DNA of 64,000 nt from an uncultured Chloroflexia bacterium (GTDB lineage: Bacteria; Chloroflexota; Limnocylindria; Limnocylindrales; CSP1-4), in NCBI GenBank assembly GCA_963832105.1, contig CAWHSS010000003.1, positions 813,615-877,614 on the forward strand, read 5' to 3'. Under the pieces are notes generated by a model that was not told the DNA's origin, searched no databases, and was given only the letters and a program-made list of their open reading frames with translations. The translations under genes were made by a program, and so were the position numbers. This document shows positions 37,861-47,911 of this stretch, one piece after another (positions within the stretch are counted from its first letter, which is position 1; every line of letters starts with the position of its first letter).

Positions 37861-38844
37861 TCAGGCCCGTGCCGGGTCGAGCTCGAGCTCCGGGTCCGGC
37901 GCGGGGGCGGACCGGGCCCGGCTGCCGCGGACCGTCATCGCCCCAGGCGGCAGCGGCTCGAGCGGACGCCCCGCGGCCAGGGCGAGGGCTCTGGCGACGT
38001 TGATCGCGTCATAGCCTTCGTCCATCCCGGGCGTCTCGAGGTAGTAGGTGGCCTTGGCGAGCAGCGGGTGCCGCAGGAGATGGGCCATGCCCACTTCGCC
38101 GATCTGTCCCGCGCCGACATGTTCGTGCCGATCCATATGCGAGCCCAGCTCCGACTTGGAGTCGTTGAGATGGACCATCGGCAGCCGGCCGATTCCGATC
38201 AGGGCATCGAACCGCGTCAGGAGCTCGTCGATCGCGTCCGGGTCCGACAGCCGGTAGCCCGCACCCCAGGCGTGCGCGGTATCCAGGCAGAAGCCGACAC
38301 GCTCGTCGGGGACGCCGCGCGCGGCGATGGCCTCGGCGATGTCGGCCAGCTCCTCGACGGTCGTCCCGATCCCGAATCCGCCGCCCGCGGAATTCTCCAG
38401 CACCAGCACGGCCGCGTCCGAGCTGTCATTCGTGTCGGCGATCACCCGGGCGACGCCGTCCGCGATGCGCTGCGTCCCGGCTGCGATGCCGGTGCCCCGG
38501 TGCGACCCGGTATGGACATTGACAAATCTCGCGGCAAAGCCCGGTGCGCTGAGCAGGTCGTTCGTCAGCACGCCGATCGAGCGCTCGAAGAAATCCTCCT
38601 CGGGTCCGGCCAGGTTGACGAGATATGCCCCATGAATCGCCACGGGGCCGATGTCGTGCTCGCGGAGGCGCTCCCGGAACGCGGCCTGTTCCCGGGGCGG
38701 ATCCGCCCGTCGTCGCCAGGCGGTCGGGTTGTCGCCGAAGATCTGGAGCGCGGATGCGCCGATCTCCTTTGCTCGGTCGACGGCCCGGACCATTCCGGCG
38801 CCGAGCGGCAGGTGGGCGCCGAGTCGACGGCCGTCAGGGAGCAT
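37861..38844 (-). CDS. nfo: Endonuclease IV
   Basis: Zn ligands in HGAYLVNLA, NVHTGSH, LENSAG, CLDTAH, VHLND, DRHEH, LETP; leaderless-type start at 38844. Confidence 0.95.
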   Translation of the reverse strand: MLPDGRRLGAHLPLGAGMVRAVDRAKEIGASALQIFGDNPTAWRRRADPPREQAAFRERLREHDIGPVAIHGAYLVNLAGPEEDFFERSIGVLTNDLLSAPGFAARFVNVHTGSHRGTGIAAGTQRIADGVARVIADTNDSSDAAVLVLENSAGGGFGIGTTVEELADIAEAIAARGVPDERVGFCLDTAHAWGAGYRLSDPDAIDELLTRFDALIGIGRLPMVHLNDSKSELGSHMDRHEHVGAGQIGEVGMAHLLRHPLLAKATYYLETPGMDEGYDAINVARALALAAGRPLEPLPPGAMTVRGSRARSAPAPDPELELDPARA

Positions 38845-38920
38845 GGCCGCCATCGTAGCCGACGGTGCCCGGCTCGGACCGAAGTCCCTCGTCCGGGTCT
38901 GGTGCTACGGTTTCCCGACC

Positions 38921-39307
38921 ATGGCGGACGAGCTGCGCCGGCTGACGGACCAGGAGCGCGTGATCCGGGCGTTCGTTCGCGACGGCCGGCTAACGTCGAT
39001 CCCGGCCAAGCCGAAGAAGCGCGAGCTGCTTCTGCCGTATCTCCTCGACTTGGCGTTCCCGGAGGACCGCGACTACGAGGAGCGGGAGGTGAACCAGCGG
39101 TTGGCGCTCCTCCATCGGGACGTCGCCGCTCTGCGCCGCTACCTCGTCGACGGCGGGCTCATGACACGCGATTCCGGCATCTACCGGCGGGTGGCGCCGA
39201 TGGCCGAAGGGACGATTCGGCCCGATCCATGGCCGACGGTCCAGCCACCTCGCCGCCCGCGGCAAACAAACGAGGGTGACGGCACGGAGCCGCCGCGGGG
39301 TCGGTGA
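38921..39307 (+). CDS. DUF2087 domain protein
   Basis: F.RDGRL.SIPAK.KKR...L...F....Y.E.EVN..L...H.D.A.LRRYLVD.GL..R....Y.R. Confidence 0.85.
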   Translation: MADELRRLTDQERVIRAFVRDGRLTSIPAKPKKRELLLPYLLDLAFPEDRDYEEREVNQRLALLHRDVAALRRYLVDGGLMTRDSGIYRRVAPMAEGTIRPDPWPTVQPPRRPRQTNEGDGTEPPRGR

Positions 39308-39316
39308 TCGTCGGGC

Positions 39317-39937
39317 TCAGTGCTGGCCGTTCGACCGGCGTCTCGCCTTCGATCCGTCGGCCGGGTAGGTCGTGTACTCGCCGCCGACCATCGGTTCGAT
39401 CAAGCCGAGGTCGCCGTCGCCGCGCCGGTAGAGGACGTTGATCCGCTCGTTCTCCGCGTTGACGAAGATGAAGAACTGGTGGCCGAGCTCCTCCATCCGA
39501 GCTGCGGCGTCCTCCTCGAACATCGGCTCGATCCCGAACCGCTTCGTCTTGACGATCTTGTGCTCGCGTTCCGCGGTCGATGTCCCGTCGGCGATCCGGC
39601 GCAGGATCTGCTTCTCCTGCTCCGGCCGGGCGCGCACCCGCGGCTTTTCGCGGTGGTCGACGGCACGGCGCTCGAGCTTGTCGACCACCTCGTCGACGCC
39701 GGCGCGGTGACTGACCGCTGCTGCGTGCGTCCGGAGCGGCTGACCGTCGATGACGAGCGTCACCTCGACGATGTGGGAATCGGCGGCGCTGCGGTGCTGC
39801 TCGACCGATAGCTCCACGAGGGCGTCCGAACGATCGTCGAGCATCCGCTCGAGGCGCTTGAGCTTGCGCTCCGCGTAGGCCCGAACGCGATCGGAAACCT
39901 CGATGTTCTTGCCCTTGACGATCGTCCTCACGCTCAC
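39317..39937 (-). CDS. hpf: Long-form ribosome hibernation promoting factor (HPF/RaiA with C-terminal domain)
   Basis: KGKNIEVSDRVRAYAERKL; C-terminal KIVKTKRF..EPM..EDA...MEELGHQFFIF.N....INVLYRR.DGDLGLIEP. Confidence 0.95.
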   Translation of the reverse strand: MSVRTIVKGKNIEVSDRVRAYAERKLKRLERMLDDRSDALVELSVEQHRSAADSHIVEVTLVIDGQPLRTHAAAVSHRAGVDEVVDKLERRAVDHREKPRVRARPEQEKQILRRIADGTSTAEREHKIVKTKRFGIEPMFEEDAAARMEELGHQFFIFVNAENERINVLYRRGDGDLGLIEPMVGGEYTTYPADGSKARRRSNGQH

Positions 39938-40150
39938 CTCCCCGGTGACGCGCGTCTCTGCTCGACGCGGGGGATTGGGTCGGCTGAGGCGGATCGGCAG
40001 GACGACCCGCCGCCACCCGAGTCTACACCCGCCCCGGCGCGCGACCCCACCTGTCGCCTTGGCTCGTACGAGTCACCGAGCGACTGTTAAACGCCCTCGA
40101 AACGGGTGCGGCGTTCGTTTGATGCCGTGGGCGACTACAACGCACAAGTG

Positions 40151-40879
40151 TCACGCACGAGCACGCGATGTGCGACGGATTCGAGTCCGCGCGACCGACA
40201 TACCAGTCCCCAGGGAACTGGTAGAGACGAACCAGACCCCGGCGAGCGCACCAACCGGTCGGCGCAACCAGGCATTCACCTCTCGCGAGCGAGCTGGAAA
40301 GGAGGCATCAAACGTGGCGGCATGTCGGGCGACGACGGATCGATTTGCCGCGGTGCCGGCGACGACCACGATCCTTGCGACGTGATCCGCGTCCCAGCCG
40401 AGGCTCTTCCTGACGATGTCCGGAACGACGCGGAGCTTCCGTGATAGCGAGCTGAGTAAGTCCTGCAGATCCGTCAGGGTGGCCTTGACCTCGATGATCA
40501 ACAAGATCCGACGGCCGGGGTGCCAGGCGAGCACATCGACGGATCCGCGGTCGCCGAAGTGATTGAAGCTGAACTCCGCCACCACGTCCCAGTCCAGCTC
40601 CTTCAGCGTCTGGATCACGTGATCGACGATCGCGGCATGCGCCCGATCGAGCAGTCTGTCGCCCTGTCCGCCATGCCAGTTGGCCGAGATCGTGATCGAC
40701 ACATCGAGCTCGCTGGCGACACGTCGGAGCGCCCCCAAGCCGACCGATTCGAGCCGGCCCCGCTCGAGCCGAGAAACCACACTCTGGCTCACGCCGATCG
40801 TCGCGGCGATGTCGGACTGGCGGAGTCCGCGCCGCTGCCGAACGGCGCGCATGATCCGACCAATCCTTCGATCATCCAT
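40151..40879 (-). CDS. XRE-HTH fused to a PD-(D/E)xK-like nuclease domain
   Basis: RAVRQRRGLRQSDIAATIGVSQSVVSRLERG, then VAEFSF...RGSVDVLAW...LLIIEVKA. Confidence 0.75.
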   Translation of the reverse strand: MDDRRIGRIMRAVRQRRGLRQSDIAATIGVSQSVVSRLERGRLESVGLGALRRVASELDVSITISANWHGGQGDRLLDRAHAAIVDHVIQTLKELDWDVVAEFSFNHFGDRGSVDVLAWHPGRRILLIIEVKATLTDLQDLLSSLSRKLRVVPDIVRKSLGWDADHVARIVVVAGTAANRSVVARHAATFDASFPARSREVNAWLRRPVGALAGVWFVSTSSLGTGMSVARTRIRRTSRARA

Positions 40880-40990
40880 CGACCAGATGGTGCCAGCGGC
40901 CACTCGACTGAGACTCATCGAGTGGTCTACTGCGGCTTCCACTCCGCCCCGTTTGGTGGCAGCTGAAGCGGGCCCTGTCAGGATCGGGCG

Positions 40991-41686
40991 ATGAGCGGCC
41001 TCGCTGCGTTCGGGACGCGCATGCTGGACCTCGCGCTGCCCGCTCGGTGCCCTGGCTGCGGGACGGAGGGCCCGCCGATCTGTGCTGCCTGCCTGCCCTC
41101 GCTCGACGCCCGACTGGATGTACCGGCGGGGATCGCCATCGGGCTGCCGTCCGACGTTCCACCGCCGTTGCTCCAGCTTGAGTGGTGCGCGCCGTTCACG
41201 GGGTTGATCAGGAACGCGCTGCACGAGCTCAAGTACGCCGGTGAGAAGCGGTTGGCGGTTCCGCTCGGGGCGGCGATCGCCAAACGCTGGCGCCGGGCGG
41301 GTGCCGGCGGCGACCTGCTGGTGCCGGTTCCCGTCCATGCCGATCGGGCGCGGTCGCGCGGCTATGACCAGGCGGAGCTGATCGCGCGCGCGGCCGCTCG
41401 GGAGCTGGGGCTTCCGTGCGCCGCGATCCTCGAACGCGCGCGCGCCACGATCGCCCAGTTCGACCTCGACCGAACGGCGCGCGCGACGAACGTCGAGGGC
41501 GCGTTCCGGCTTCGGCCAAGGGAGACGCGTGGTGGCCAGCTGGATCCACGCCCGCTCACGGGCCGCTGGATCATCCTCGTCGACGACGTCGTCACGACCG
41601 GAGCCACGCTCGGCGCATGCGCAGAGCCGCTGATCGACGCAGGTGCGATCGGCGTGTCGGCGGTAACGGTCGCGAGGGAACGCTGA
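40991..41686 (+). CDS. comF: ComF/ComFC family (double zinc ribbon plus PRTase) protein
   Basis: PARCPGCG...CAAC, LHELKY, LVPVP.H..R...RGYDQA, ILVDDVVTTGATL. Confidence 0.9.
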   Translation: MSGLAAFGTRMLDLALPARCPGCGTEGPPICAACLPSLDARLDVPAGIAIGLPSDVPPPLLQLEWCAPFTGLIRNALHELKYAGEKRLAVPLGAAIAKRWRRAGAGGDLLVPVPVHADRARSRGYDQAELIARAAARELGLPCAAILERARATIAQFDLDRTARATNVEGAFRLRPRETRGGQLDPRPLTGRWIILVDDVVTTGATLGACAEPLIDAGAIGVSAVTVARER

Positions 41687-41710
41687 GCCGCAGGAGCTCG
41701 CCCGCCGCCG

Positions 41711-42070
41711 TCAATCGATGGCGATGCGATCCCCGACGGCCGTCCCGGTCGCAGCGATCGTCCCGGCGGGCAGCTCCAGCACCCCGTCGGCGCCCCGCAC
41801 GAGCGGCACGAGACCGCGCCACGCGGGGAGTCGCTCGTGGACGGACACGACGGGTCGCGTGCCGTCCGCGTCCGGCCGACCGAGGAAGACGGCATCGATC
41901 GGGAACCGCATGAACATCATGTGGATCCCGTTGCTGTCCGGCAGCCACAGTGCGGCGCCGTCAGGCAGCGTCGGCCGGCCCATCAGCCCCATGAACTTGC
42001 CCCACAGGCCGCTCGCCGCCTCGACGCTCGAGGCAAGGACGGTCGACTGCGTCAGGTTGCGCGCAGCCAT
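41711..42070 (-). CDS. DUF192 family protein
   Basis: A.GLW.KFMGLMGR, IHMMFMRFPIDAVFL, VLELPAG. Confidence 0.88.
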   Translation of the reverse strand: MAARNLTQSTVLASSVEAASGLWGKFMGLMGRPTLPDGAALWLPDSNGIHMMFMRFPIDAVFLGRPDADGTRPVVSVHERLPAWRGLVPLVRGADGVLELPAGTIAATGTAVGDRIAID

Positions 42071-42101
42071 GCCGCGTCGTCCGCGAGCGGAGCGACTCGG
42101 G

Positions 42102-43055
42102 CTACTGGCCGCCGGACGCCGGCGACAGGTTCAGGATGATCAGGATGATGGCCGGCCCGAGGATGACGATGAAGAGCGACGGGAAGATGCACCCGACGAG
42201 CGGGAAGAGCATCTTGATCGGCGCCTTCGCGGCCTGCTCCTCGGCGCGCTGGCGGCGCTCGATGCGGAGCTGCTCGGACTGGACCTGGAGCACCTTCGAG
42301 ATCGACACGCCGAGCTGTTCGGCCTGGATGATCGCGCCGATGAAGTTCGTCAGCGGGCCGACTTCGGTTCGCGGGACGATGTCGCGCAGCGCCTCGCGGC
42401 GCGCCTTGCCGACGCGGACCTCGGCCAGCGCCCGGCGGAACTCTTCCGTCAGCGGGCCCTGGAGCTTCTCCACGACCTTGCCGAGCGCGGCATCGAAGCC
42501 GAGACCGGCCCGGACGGAGATCGTCAGCAGGTCGAGGGCGTCCGGGATCTGCAGCAGGATCGCGTGCTGGCGCTTGCGAACCCGGCCGCCGAGCCAGAAC
42601 TCGGGGATCGTGTAACCGAGCAGGAGCCCGACGACGCCCATCCCGAAGTTGAGCGGGATCGGCAGCTTCATGACGCCGACGATGACGAACAGGAGGATGA
42701 AGATGATCGCGCCGATGACGGCCGCGACAGCCTTGACGCCGAGCCAGTCGGCGACCCGCAGGTTGCCCGGGTTGCCGGCGAGCGCCAAGCGCTTCTCGGC
42801 CTTCTCCTGGAAGGAGCTGCTGGCCATGCGCGAGACGCGGCCAGAGAGCGCGGCGGCGAGCGGCCGCAGGGTGCGCTCGAGGAACGGCTGCTGAAGCTCG
42901 AGCTCTTCGAGGTTCTTCGCCTGCATCGCCCCGAGCTGGGTGAGTCGAGCCTGGACCGGATCGACCGGCGACTTGCCGGACAGGCCCAGGAAGATCAGCA
43001 GGATGGCGCCCGCCGCGACGGCGGCGACGATGATCGGAAGGAGGGTGGCGGGCAT
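42102..43055 (-). CDS. tadC: Tad pilus inner-membrane platform protein TadC
   Basis: QIPDALDLL.ISVRAGLGFDAAL, EQLGVSISKVL, R.QRAEEQAAKAPIKMLFPLV.CIFP. Confidence 0.92.
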   Translation of the reverse strand: MPATLLPIIVAAVAAGAILLIFLGLSGKSPVDPVQARLTQLGAMQAKNLEELELQQPFLERTLRPLAAALSGRVSRMASSSFQEKAEKRLALAGNPGNLRVADWLGVKAVAAVIGAIIFILLFVIVGVMKLPIPLNFGMGVVGLLLGYTIPEFWLGGRVRKRQHAILLQIPDALDLLTISVRAGLGFDAALGKVVEKLQGPLTEEFRRALAEVRVGKARREALRDIVPRTEVGPLTNFIGAIIQAEQLGVSISKVLQVQSEQLRIERRQRAEEQAAKAPIKMLFPLVGCIFPSLFIVILGPAIILIILNLSPASGGQ

Positions 43056-43059
43056 CAGC

Positions 43060-44059
43060 TCAGACCTCGATGTCGACGATTTTTCGGATGAGCATGAAGC
43101 CGATGAACATCATGAAACCGCCGACGAGGAGGAGGACGACGCCGGCCGGCAGGCCGAGAACCGCCGGCGGGTTGAGGAACATGGCGTCCATGAAGTTGGG
43201 GGCGGCGATGAACAGGAAGCCGGCCAGGCCGATCGGCAGGAAGCCGACGACATAGCCCGACAGTCGCTGCTGCGCGGTCAGGGTCTGGATCTCGCCCTTG
43301 ATCCGGACGCGCTCGCGAATCGTGTAGGCGATCGAGTCGAGGATCTCGGCGAGGTTGCCGCCGACCGTGTGCTGGATCGAGATGGCGGTTGCCATCAGCT
43401 CGAGGTCGTCCGACCGCACGCGGCGAACCATGTTCTCGAGCGCCTGCTCGAACGGCAGGCCGAGGTTGACCTCGCGGATGACCCGCCCGAACTCGATCGA
43501 GATCGGGGGTCGCGACTCGCGGACGACGAGCTCGATCGCCTGGAGGAACGACGAGCCGGCGCGGAGTGCGTTGGCGAGCAGGGTGATCGTGTCCGGAAGC
43601 TGCTTGTTGAAGGACTTGAGGCGGCCGCTCTTGCGGCGTCCGAGCCACATCCGCGGCAGGAAGAAGCCGAGCATGACCGCGACGAGCAAGGCGATCGGTG
43701 TCCGCAGCGCCGGCAGGCCGAGCGAGAAGACGATGAAGAGGAGCGGGACGCCGATGATCGAGGCGCGCCCAGATCGCGAGGAACTCGCTTGGCTTGAGCT
43801 TGAGGTCGGCGCGGGCGATGTCGCGGGCGAGGTTCGCCCCGAAGTCGCGCTGCTCGACGACCCGGTTGAGCGAGGCGAGCGCCACGCTCTGCGAGATCAT
43901 CTCGGCGATGCCGCCGCCGGCGACATTGGCCGTCGGATCCTTGCCGGACGCGTAACGCTCGAGGCGGTTGCTGACCGCGGAGCCGCTGCCGGACGTCGCA
44001 ATGCCGATGGCGATCAGGAAGATCGCCGCGGCCGCAATCCCGGCGACAATCAGCGTCAT
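43060..44059 (-). CDS. tadB: Tad pilus inner-membrane platform protein TadB (frameshift near 43770)
   Basis: FNKQLPDTITLLANALRAG.SF.QA, GGNLAEILDSIAYTIRER..IKGEIQTLTAQ.RLS. Confidence 0.92.
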
Positions 44060-44089
44060 CGGAGTTCCACAGGTCTGCCTCCTCCCCGC

Positions 44090-45499
44090 TCAGTAGCTGA
44101 AGCCGAAGACGCCGGGTGGCAGGTTGATTCCCATCACCTCGAACTTCTCGACGAATTTTGGACGGATGCCGGTCGGCTTGAGCCGACCCTGGATCTTGCC
44201 TTCGACGATGCCGGTCTGCTCGAAGACGAACACGTCCTGCATGACGATGACGTCGCCTTCCATCCCCTGGACCTCGGTGATGTTGACGATCCGGCGGGAG
44301 CCGTCCTTGAGGCGGCTCTGCTGGACGATCAGGTCGACCGCGGAGGCGACCTGCTCGCGGATGGCCCGGACCGGCAGGTCCACGCCGGCCATGAGGACCA
44401 TCGTCTCGAGGCGCGACAGCATGTCGCGGGGGCTGTTGGCGTGGCCGGTGGACATCGAGCCGTCGTGGCCCGTGTTCATGGCCTGGAGCATGTCGAGCGC
44501 CTCGCCTGACCGGCACTCCCCGACGATGATGCGGTCGGGCCGCATCCGGAGGGAGTTGCGGACGAGCTCGCGGATCGGGATCGCGCCCTTGCCTTCGATG
44601 TTCGGCGGGCGCGACTCGAGGGTCACGACGTGCTCCTGGCGGAGCTGGAGCTCGGCCGCGTCCTCGATCGTCACGATCCGCTCGTCGTTCGGGATGAACG
44701 ACGACAGGACGTTGAGCGTCGTCGTCTTGCCGGAGCCGGTGCCGCCCGAGACGAAGAGGTTCAGGCGAGCCTCGACGCAGGCGCGGAGGAAGTCGAACAT
44801 GTCGGAGGTCGCGGTGCCGAACCGGATCAGGTCCTCGGTCGTGAACGGCGACGCGGAGAACTTCCGGATCGTGATCACGGGCCCGACGAGCGACAGGGGC
44901 GGGATGATGGCGTTGACGCGGGAGCCGTCGGTCAGGCGAGCGTCGACCATCGGGCTCGACTCGTCGACGCGGCGACCGATCGGGGCGATGATCCGATCGA
45001 TGATCCGCATCACGTGGTCGTCGTTCTGGAAGACGACGTTCGTCAGCTCGAGCTTGCCCGACCGCTCGATGTAGACCTGGCGGGGGCCGTTGACCATGAC
45101 CTCCGAGATCGACTCGTCGCGGAGGAGCGGCTCGAGCGGGCCGAGGCCGATGATCTCGTCGGTGATCTGCTCGAGCATCCGGACGCGCTCGGCACGGGTC
45201 AGGGCGAGGCCTTCCTCGTCGATGACCTTGCCGAAGATCTCCTCGATCTGGCGCCGGACCTCGACCTGGTTGGACAGGTCGAGCTTCGGGTCGAGATCCT
45301 GGATGACGCGGCTCTGGATCCGGAACTTGACGTCGCGGAACGACTCCCGGACGGGAGCCTGCGTCATCAGGCGCTGCGACGGCGTCGGCGGCATGCCACC
45401 GGGCGCGCCGGGGCCTCCGCCTGGAACCGCGGGAACACCGGGCGCCGGAGCGGGACCGGCCCCCGGCCGAGCGCTCTCGATCCTCTTCAGGAGTGACAT
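44090..45499 (-). CDS. cpaF: Tad pilus assembly ATPase CpaF/TadA
   Basis: GLGPLEPLL.D..ISEVMVNGP, GGTGSGKTT, TIEDAAEL, LRMRPDRIIVGECR, AMNTGHDGS. Confidence 0.96.
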   Translation of the reverse strand: MSLLKRIESARPGAGPAPAPGVPAVPGGGPGAPGGMPPTPSQRLMTQAPVRESFRDVKFRIQSRVIQDLDPKLDLSNQVEVRRQIEEIFGKVIDEEGLALTRAERVRMLEQITDEIIGLGPLEPLLRDESISEVMVNGPRQVYIERSGKLELTNVVFQNDDHVMRIIDRIIAPIGRRVDESSPMVDARLTDGSRVNAIIPPLSLVGPVITIRKFSASPFTTEDLIRFGTATSDMFDFLRACVEARLNLFVSGGTGSGKTTTLNVLSSFIPNDERIVTIEDAAELQLRQEHVVTLESRPPNIEGKGAIPIRELVRNSLRMRPDRIIVGECRSGEALDMLQAMNTGHDGSMSTGHANSPRDMLSRLETMVLMAGVDLPVRAIREQVASAVDLIVQQSRLKDGSRRIVNITEVQGMEGDVIVMQDVFVFEQTGIVEGKIQGRLKPTGIRPKFVEKFEVMGINLPPGVFGFSY

Positions 45500-45547
45500 C
45501 GCATCAAACCCCTTTTCGCCCCGAAGGGCACGCTACCACCGACATGA

Positions 45548-46807
45548 TCATCGGAATGAGAACAACGACTTCTTCTGGACTGCCTTGCGCGGTTCCTCCG
45601 CCGAAACGGCGGCCCGCTCGCCCGTCACCGCGGTGGCGAGCCGGAGAATGTCCTGGGAGACCTGGGCCTCCCGGTTTGAGAGAAAGAAGGGTACCCCTCG
45701 ATTGAGGGCGTAGACGACACTTCGGCCGTCGCTGACGATCGTATGGTCGACCTTCCGGCCGATCGAGTTCTCCACATCCGTCACCCGGATACCGAGGCTC
45801 GAATCCGCCCGGTTGAGGACGAGCTTGACCTTGTTCTGCTCGTAGCCGAGCTGCTCGGCGACCTCGAGGAAGAGGCGCATGTTCTTGATGCTCGTGATCT
45901 CGAGGCTGAGCACCGTCAGAACGGTGTCGGCGACGTCGAGGATAGCCAGCGTCGTCTCGTTGAACCACGAGGTGCAGTCGACGATGACGAGGTCGTGCTC
46001 GCGGCGGAGGGCCTCGAGCACGCGCTTCACGACAGTCGGCGTGATGAGCTCGGCCATCTCCGGCGACGGCGGGGCGAGGAGCACCCGCACGCCGGCCGAG
46101 TGGTTGATGACGAACGTGTCGAGCGACTCGGGCTCACCGGCTTCGAGCTCCGGGACCAGGTCTGCGATCGACTTGTTCTTCGGGTTCAGGTTGAGCAGGA
46201 CGCCGACGTCGCCGAACTGGAACGATGCGTCGACGAGGACCACGGTCTGGCCGAGCTCGGTGGCCGCCGCGATCGCCATGTTCACCGCGATCGTCGTCCG
46301 GCCGACCCCGCCCTTCGGGCTGAAGATCGCGACGATCTGGCCGTCGCGGTCGCCGCCTCCGCCGCTGGCAGCGCCGGCCGGTCCGCCCGGGGCCATGACG
46401 GGAGCGGCGGCTCGGCGGTTGGCCTTCTCGAGCTCCCGGGCGTAGACCTGTCGGATCGAGGCCGTCAGTTCGTCGCTGCTGAAGGGCTTGACGAGGAATT
46501 CGCGGGCCCCGGCGAGCATCGAGCGGCGCAGGTAGTCCGCCTCGCCCTGGACCGACATCATCACGACCGCGGCGTCGGGGACTTCGGAGCTCATTCGCTC
46601 GGTGGCCGCGATGCCGTCCATGTCCGGCATGTTGATGTCCATCAGCACGACGCCCGGCAGGAGCTGAGCCGCCAGCTCCAGCGCCTGTGCGCCGGACGCG
46701 GCGGCCCCAACCACCTCGATGTCGCTCTCAAAGCTGAGGAGCTTCGTCAGGTGATCGCGGGTCTCCGGGATGTCGTCCACGATGAGGACTCGGATCTGAT
46801 CGGCCAT
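45548..46807 (-). CDS. cpaE: CpaE/TadZ-like protein: receiver domain plus MinD/ParA-type ATPase
   Basis: VLIVDD...LMDINMP...FLVKPF receiver; FSPKGGVGRTT, DASFQFGD, LLAPP.PE, LVLNRAD. Confidence 0.9.
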   Translation of the reverse strand: MADQIRVLIVDDIPETRDHLTKLLSFESDIEVVGAAASGAQALELAAQLLPGVVLMDINMPDMDGIAATERMSSEVPDAAVVMMSVQGEADYLRRSMLAGAREFLVKPFSSDELTASIRQVYARELEKANRRAAAPVMAPGGPAGAASGGGGDRDGQIVAIFSPKGGVGRTTIAVNMAIAAATELGQTVVLVDASFQFGDVGVLLNLNPKNKSIADLVPELEAGEPESLDTFVINHSAGVRVLLAPPSPEMAELITPTVVKRVLEALRREHDLVIVDCTSWFNETTLAILDVADTVLTVLSLEITSIKNMRLFLEVAEQLGYEQNKVKLVLNRADSSLGIRVTDVENSIGRKVDHTIVSDGRSVVYALNRGVPFFLSNREAQVSQDILRLATAVTGERAAVSAEEPRKAVQKKSLFSFR

Positions 46808-46953
46808 CTGGTGGTTCGTTTTCCGCTTTCTGTGGTTGCCTGGGTCATTGGGCCCGGAGAGGCGAACGGGCGCGGGACCGGTGGGGTCCTTCGCGCCCGT
46901 CGCACCGCCGGGATCGCGGTCGCGGGTGCGACCGAGCTATCTCGATGTGCGCC

Positions 46954-47850
46954 TTACTGAGCCGGGATGATGGCCTCGACGAGCTCCGGTCGGAGGACGC
47001 CATAGCCACCGTCGACGAGGGTCTTGAGGATCACGCCGGTCGTTCCGGCCGGCAGGCTGACGACGGGGTTGCCCTGCGCGTCGAGGAAGTCCCTCGAGTT
47101 GCGGAGGAGGAGGGAGATGTCGCCGTCGATCTGGGAGTACTTGATGAGCTCCGCCTGCTGGGCGGTGACGGCAAGGATGACGAGCTCCTGGCCCTCATCG
47201 CTGAGCGTCGTCGTCGGCGCCTGGGCGGCGCTGCCGGACGGCGCTGCGTTGGTCCGGTTGGTCGCGGTGGTCGGCGGTCGGATCGTGCCGATGACCTGCA
47301 TGCCTTCGATGAGGAGCTTGACGCTCGTGCTGTTCAGGCCCTGGACGACGGTGATCGACTCGTCCTCGGGGTTGAGGGTCACGACCGGGAACTTGTCGCC
47401 GGTGATGCCGAGGACGAGGTCGACGTAGTCGCCCGTCTTGATGAGCGTGCCGACGCCGTTGACCTGGTTGACCTGGAGGGAGATCGCGCGCTTGCCCTCG
47501 GGGACGACGATGTTGTCGATCGGTTTCCAGGAAGTCCGCGCGGCTGAGCTGGGCGCCGTTCGTGATGGGCTGTCGAACCTTCTGGCCGACGATCTGGCTC
47601 GGCGTCGCCGAAGGCGCCCGGCTTGCGGTCGGCCGGCTTGACGTGCTGCGGTCGTCAGCATTCCGTCGTGCAGCGTCGCGCCCAGGGGGATGTCCTGGGC
47701 CGCGACGACGGTCGTGACGGGGGCGGCGGCGGATGCCGGCGGGCCGTGGGCCTGGGTCCGGTCATTGCTCAGAACGATGACGATTCCGACGAACGCGACG
47801 ATCGCCAGGAACACGCCGATGAGCAGCACGAGCCGATTGGAACGCTTCAA
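46954..47850 (-). CDS. cpaB: Flp pilus assembly protein CpaB/RcpC (probable compensating frameshifts mid-gene)
   Basis: N-terminal TM, VVAAQDIPLG (SAF), PEGKRAISLQV..V.GVG.LIK.GD.VDLVL; TTG start at 47850. Confidence 0.85.
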   Translation of the reverse strand: MKRSNRLVLLIGVFLAIVAFVGIVIVLSNDRTQAHGPPASAAAPVTTVVAAQDIPLGATLHDGMLTTAARQAGRPQAGRLRRRRARSSARRFDSPSRTAPSSAARTSWKPIDNIVVPEGKRAISLQVNQVNGVGTLIKTGDYVDLVLGITGDKFPVVTLNPEDESITVVQGLNSTSVKLLIEGMQVIGTIRPPTTATNRTNAAPSGSAAQAPTTTLSDEGQELVILAVTAQQAELIKYSQIDGDISLLLRNSRDFLDAQGNPVVSLPAGTTGVILKTLVDGGYGVLRPELVEAIIPAQ

Positions 47851-47911
47851 GTTGGATCTCCCGAGACTTGTGACAGGTGGCACCACTGTAGCACCGCTCA
47901 AGAGCGGCGCG

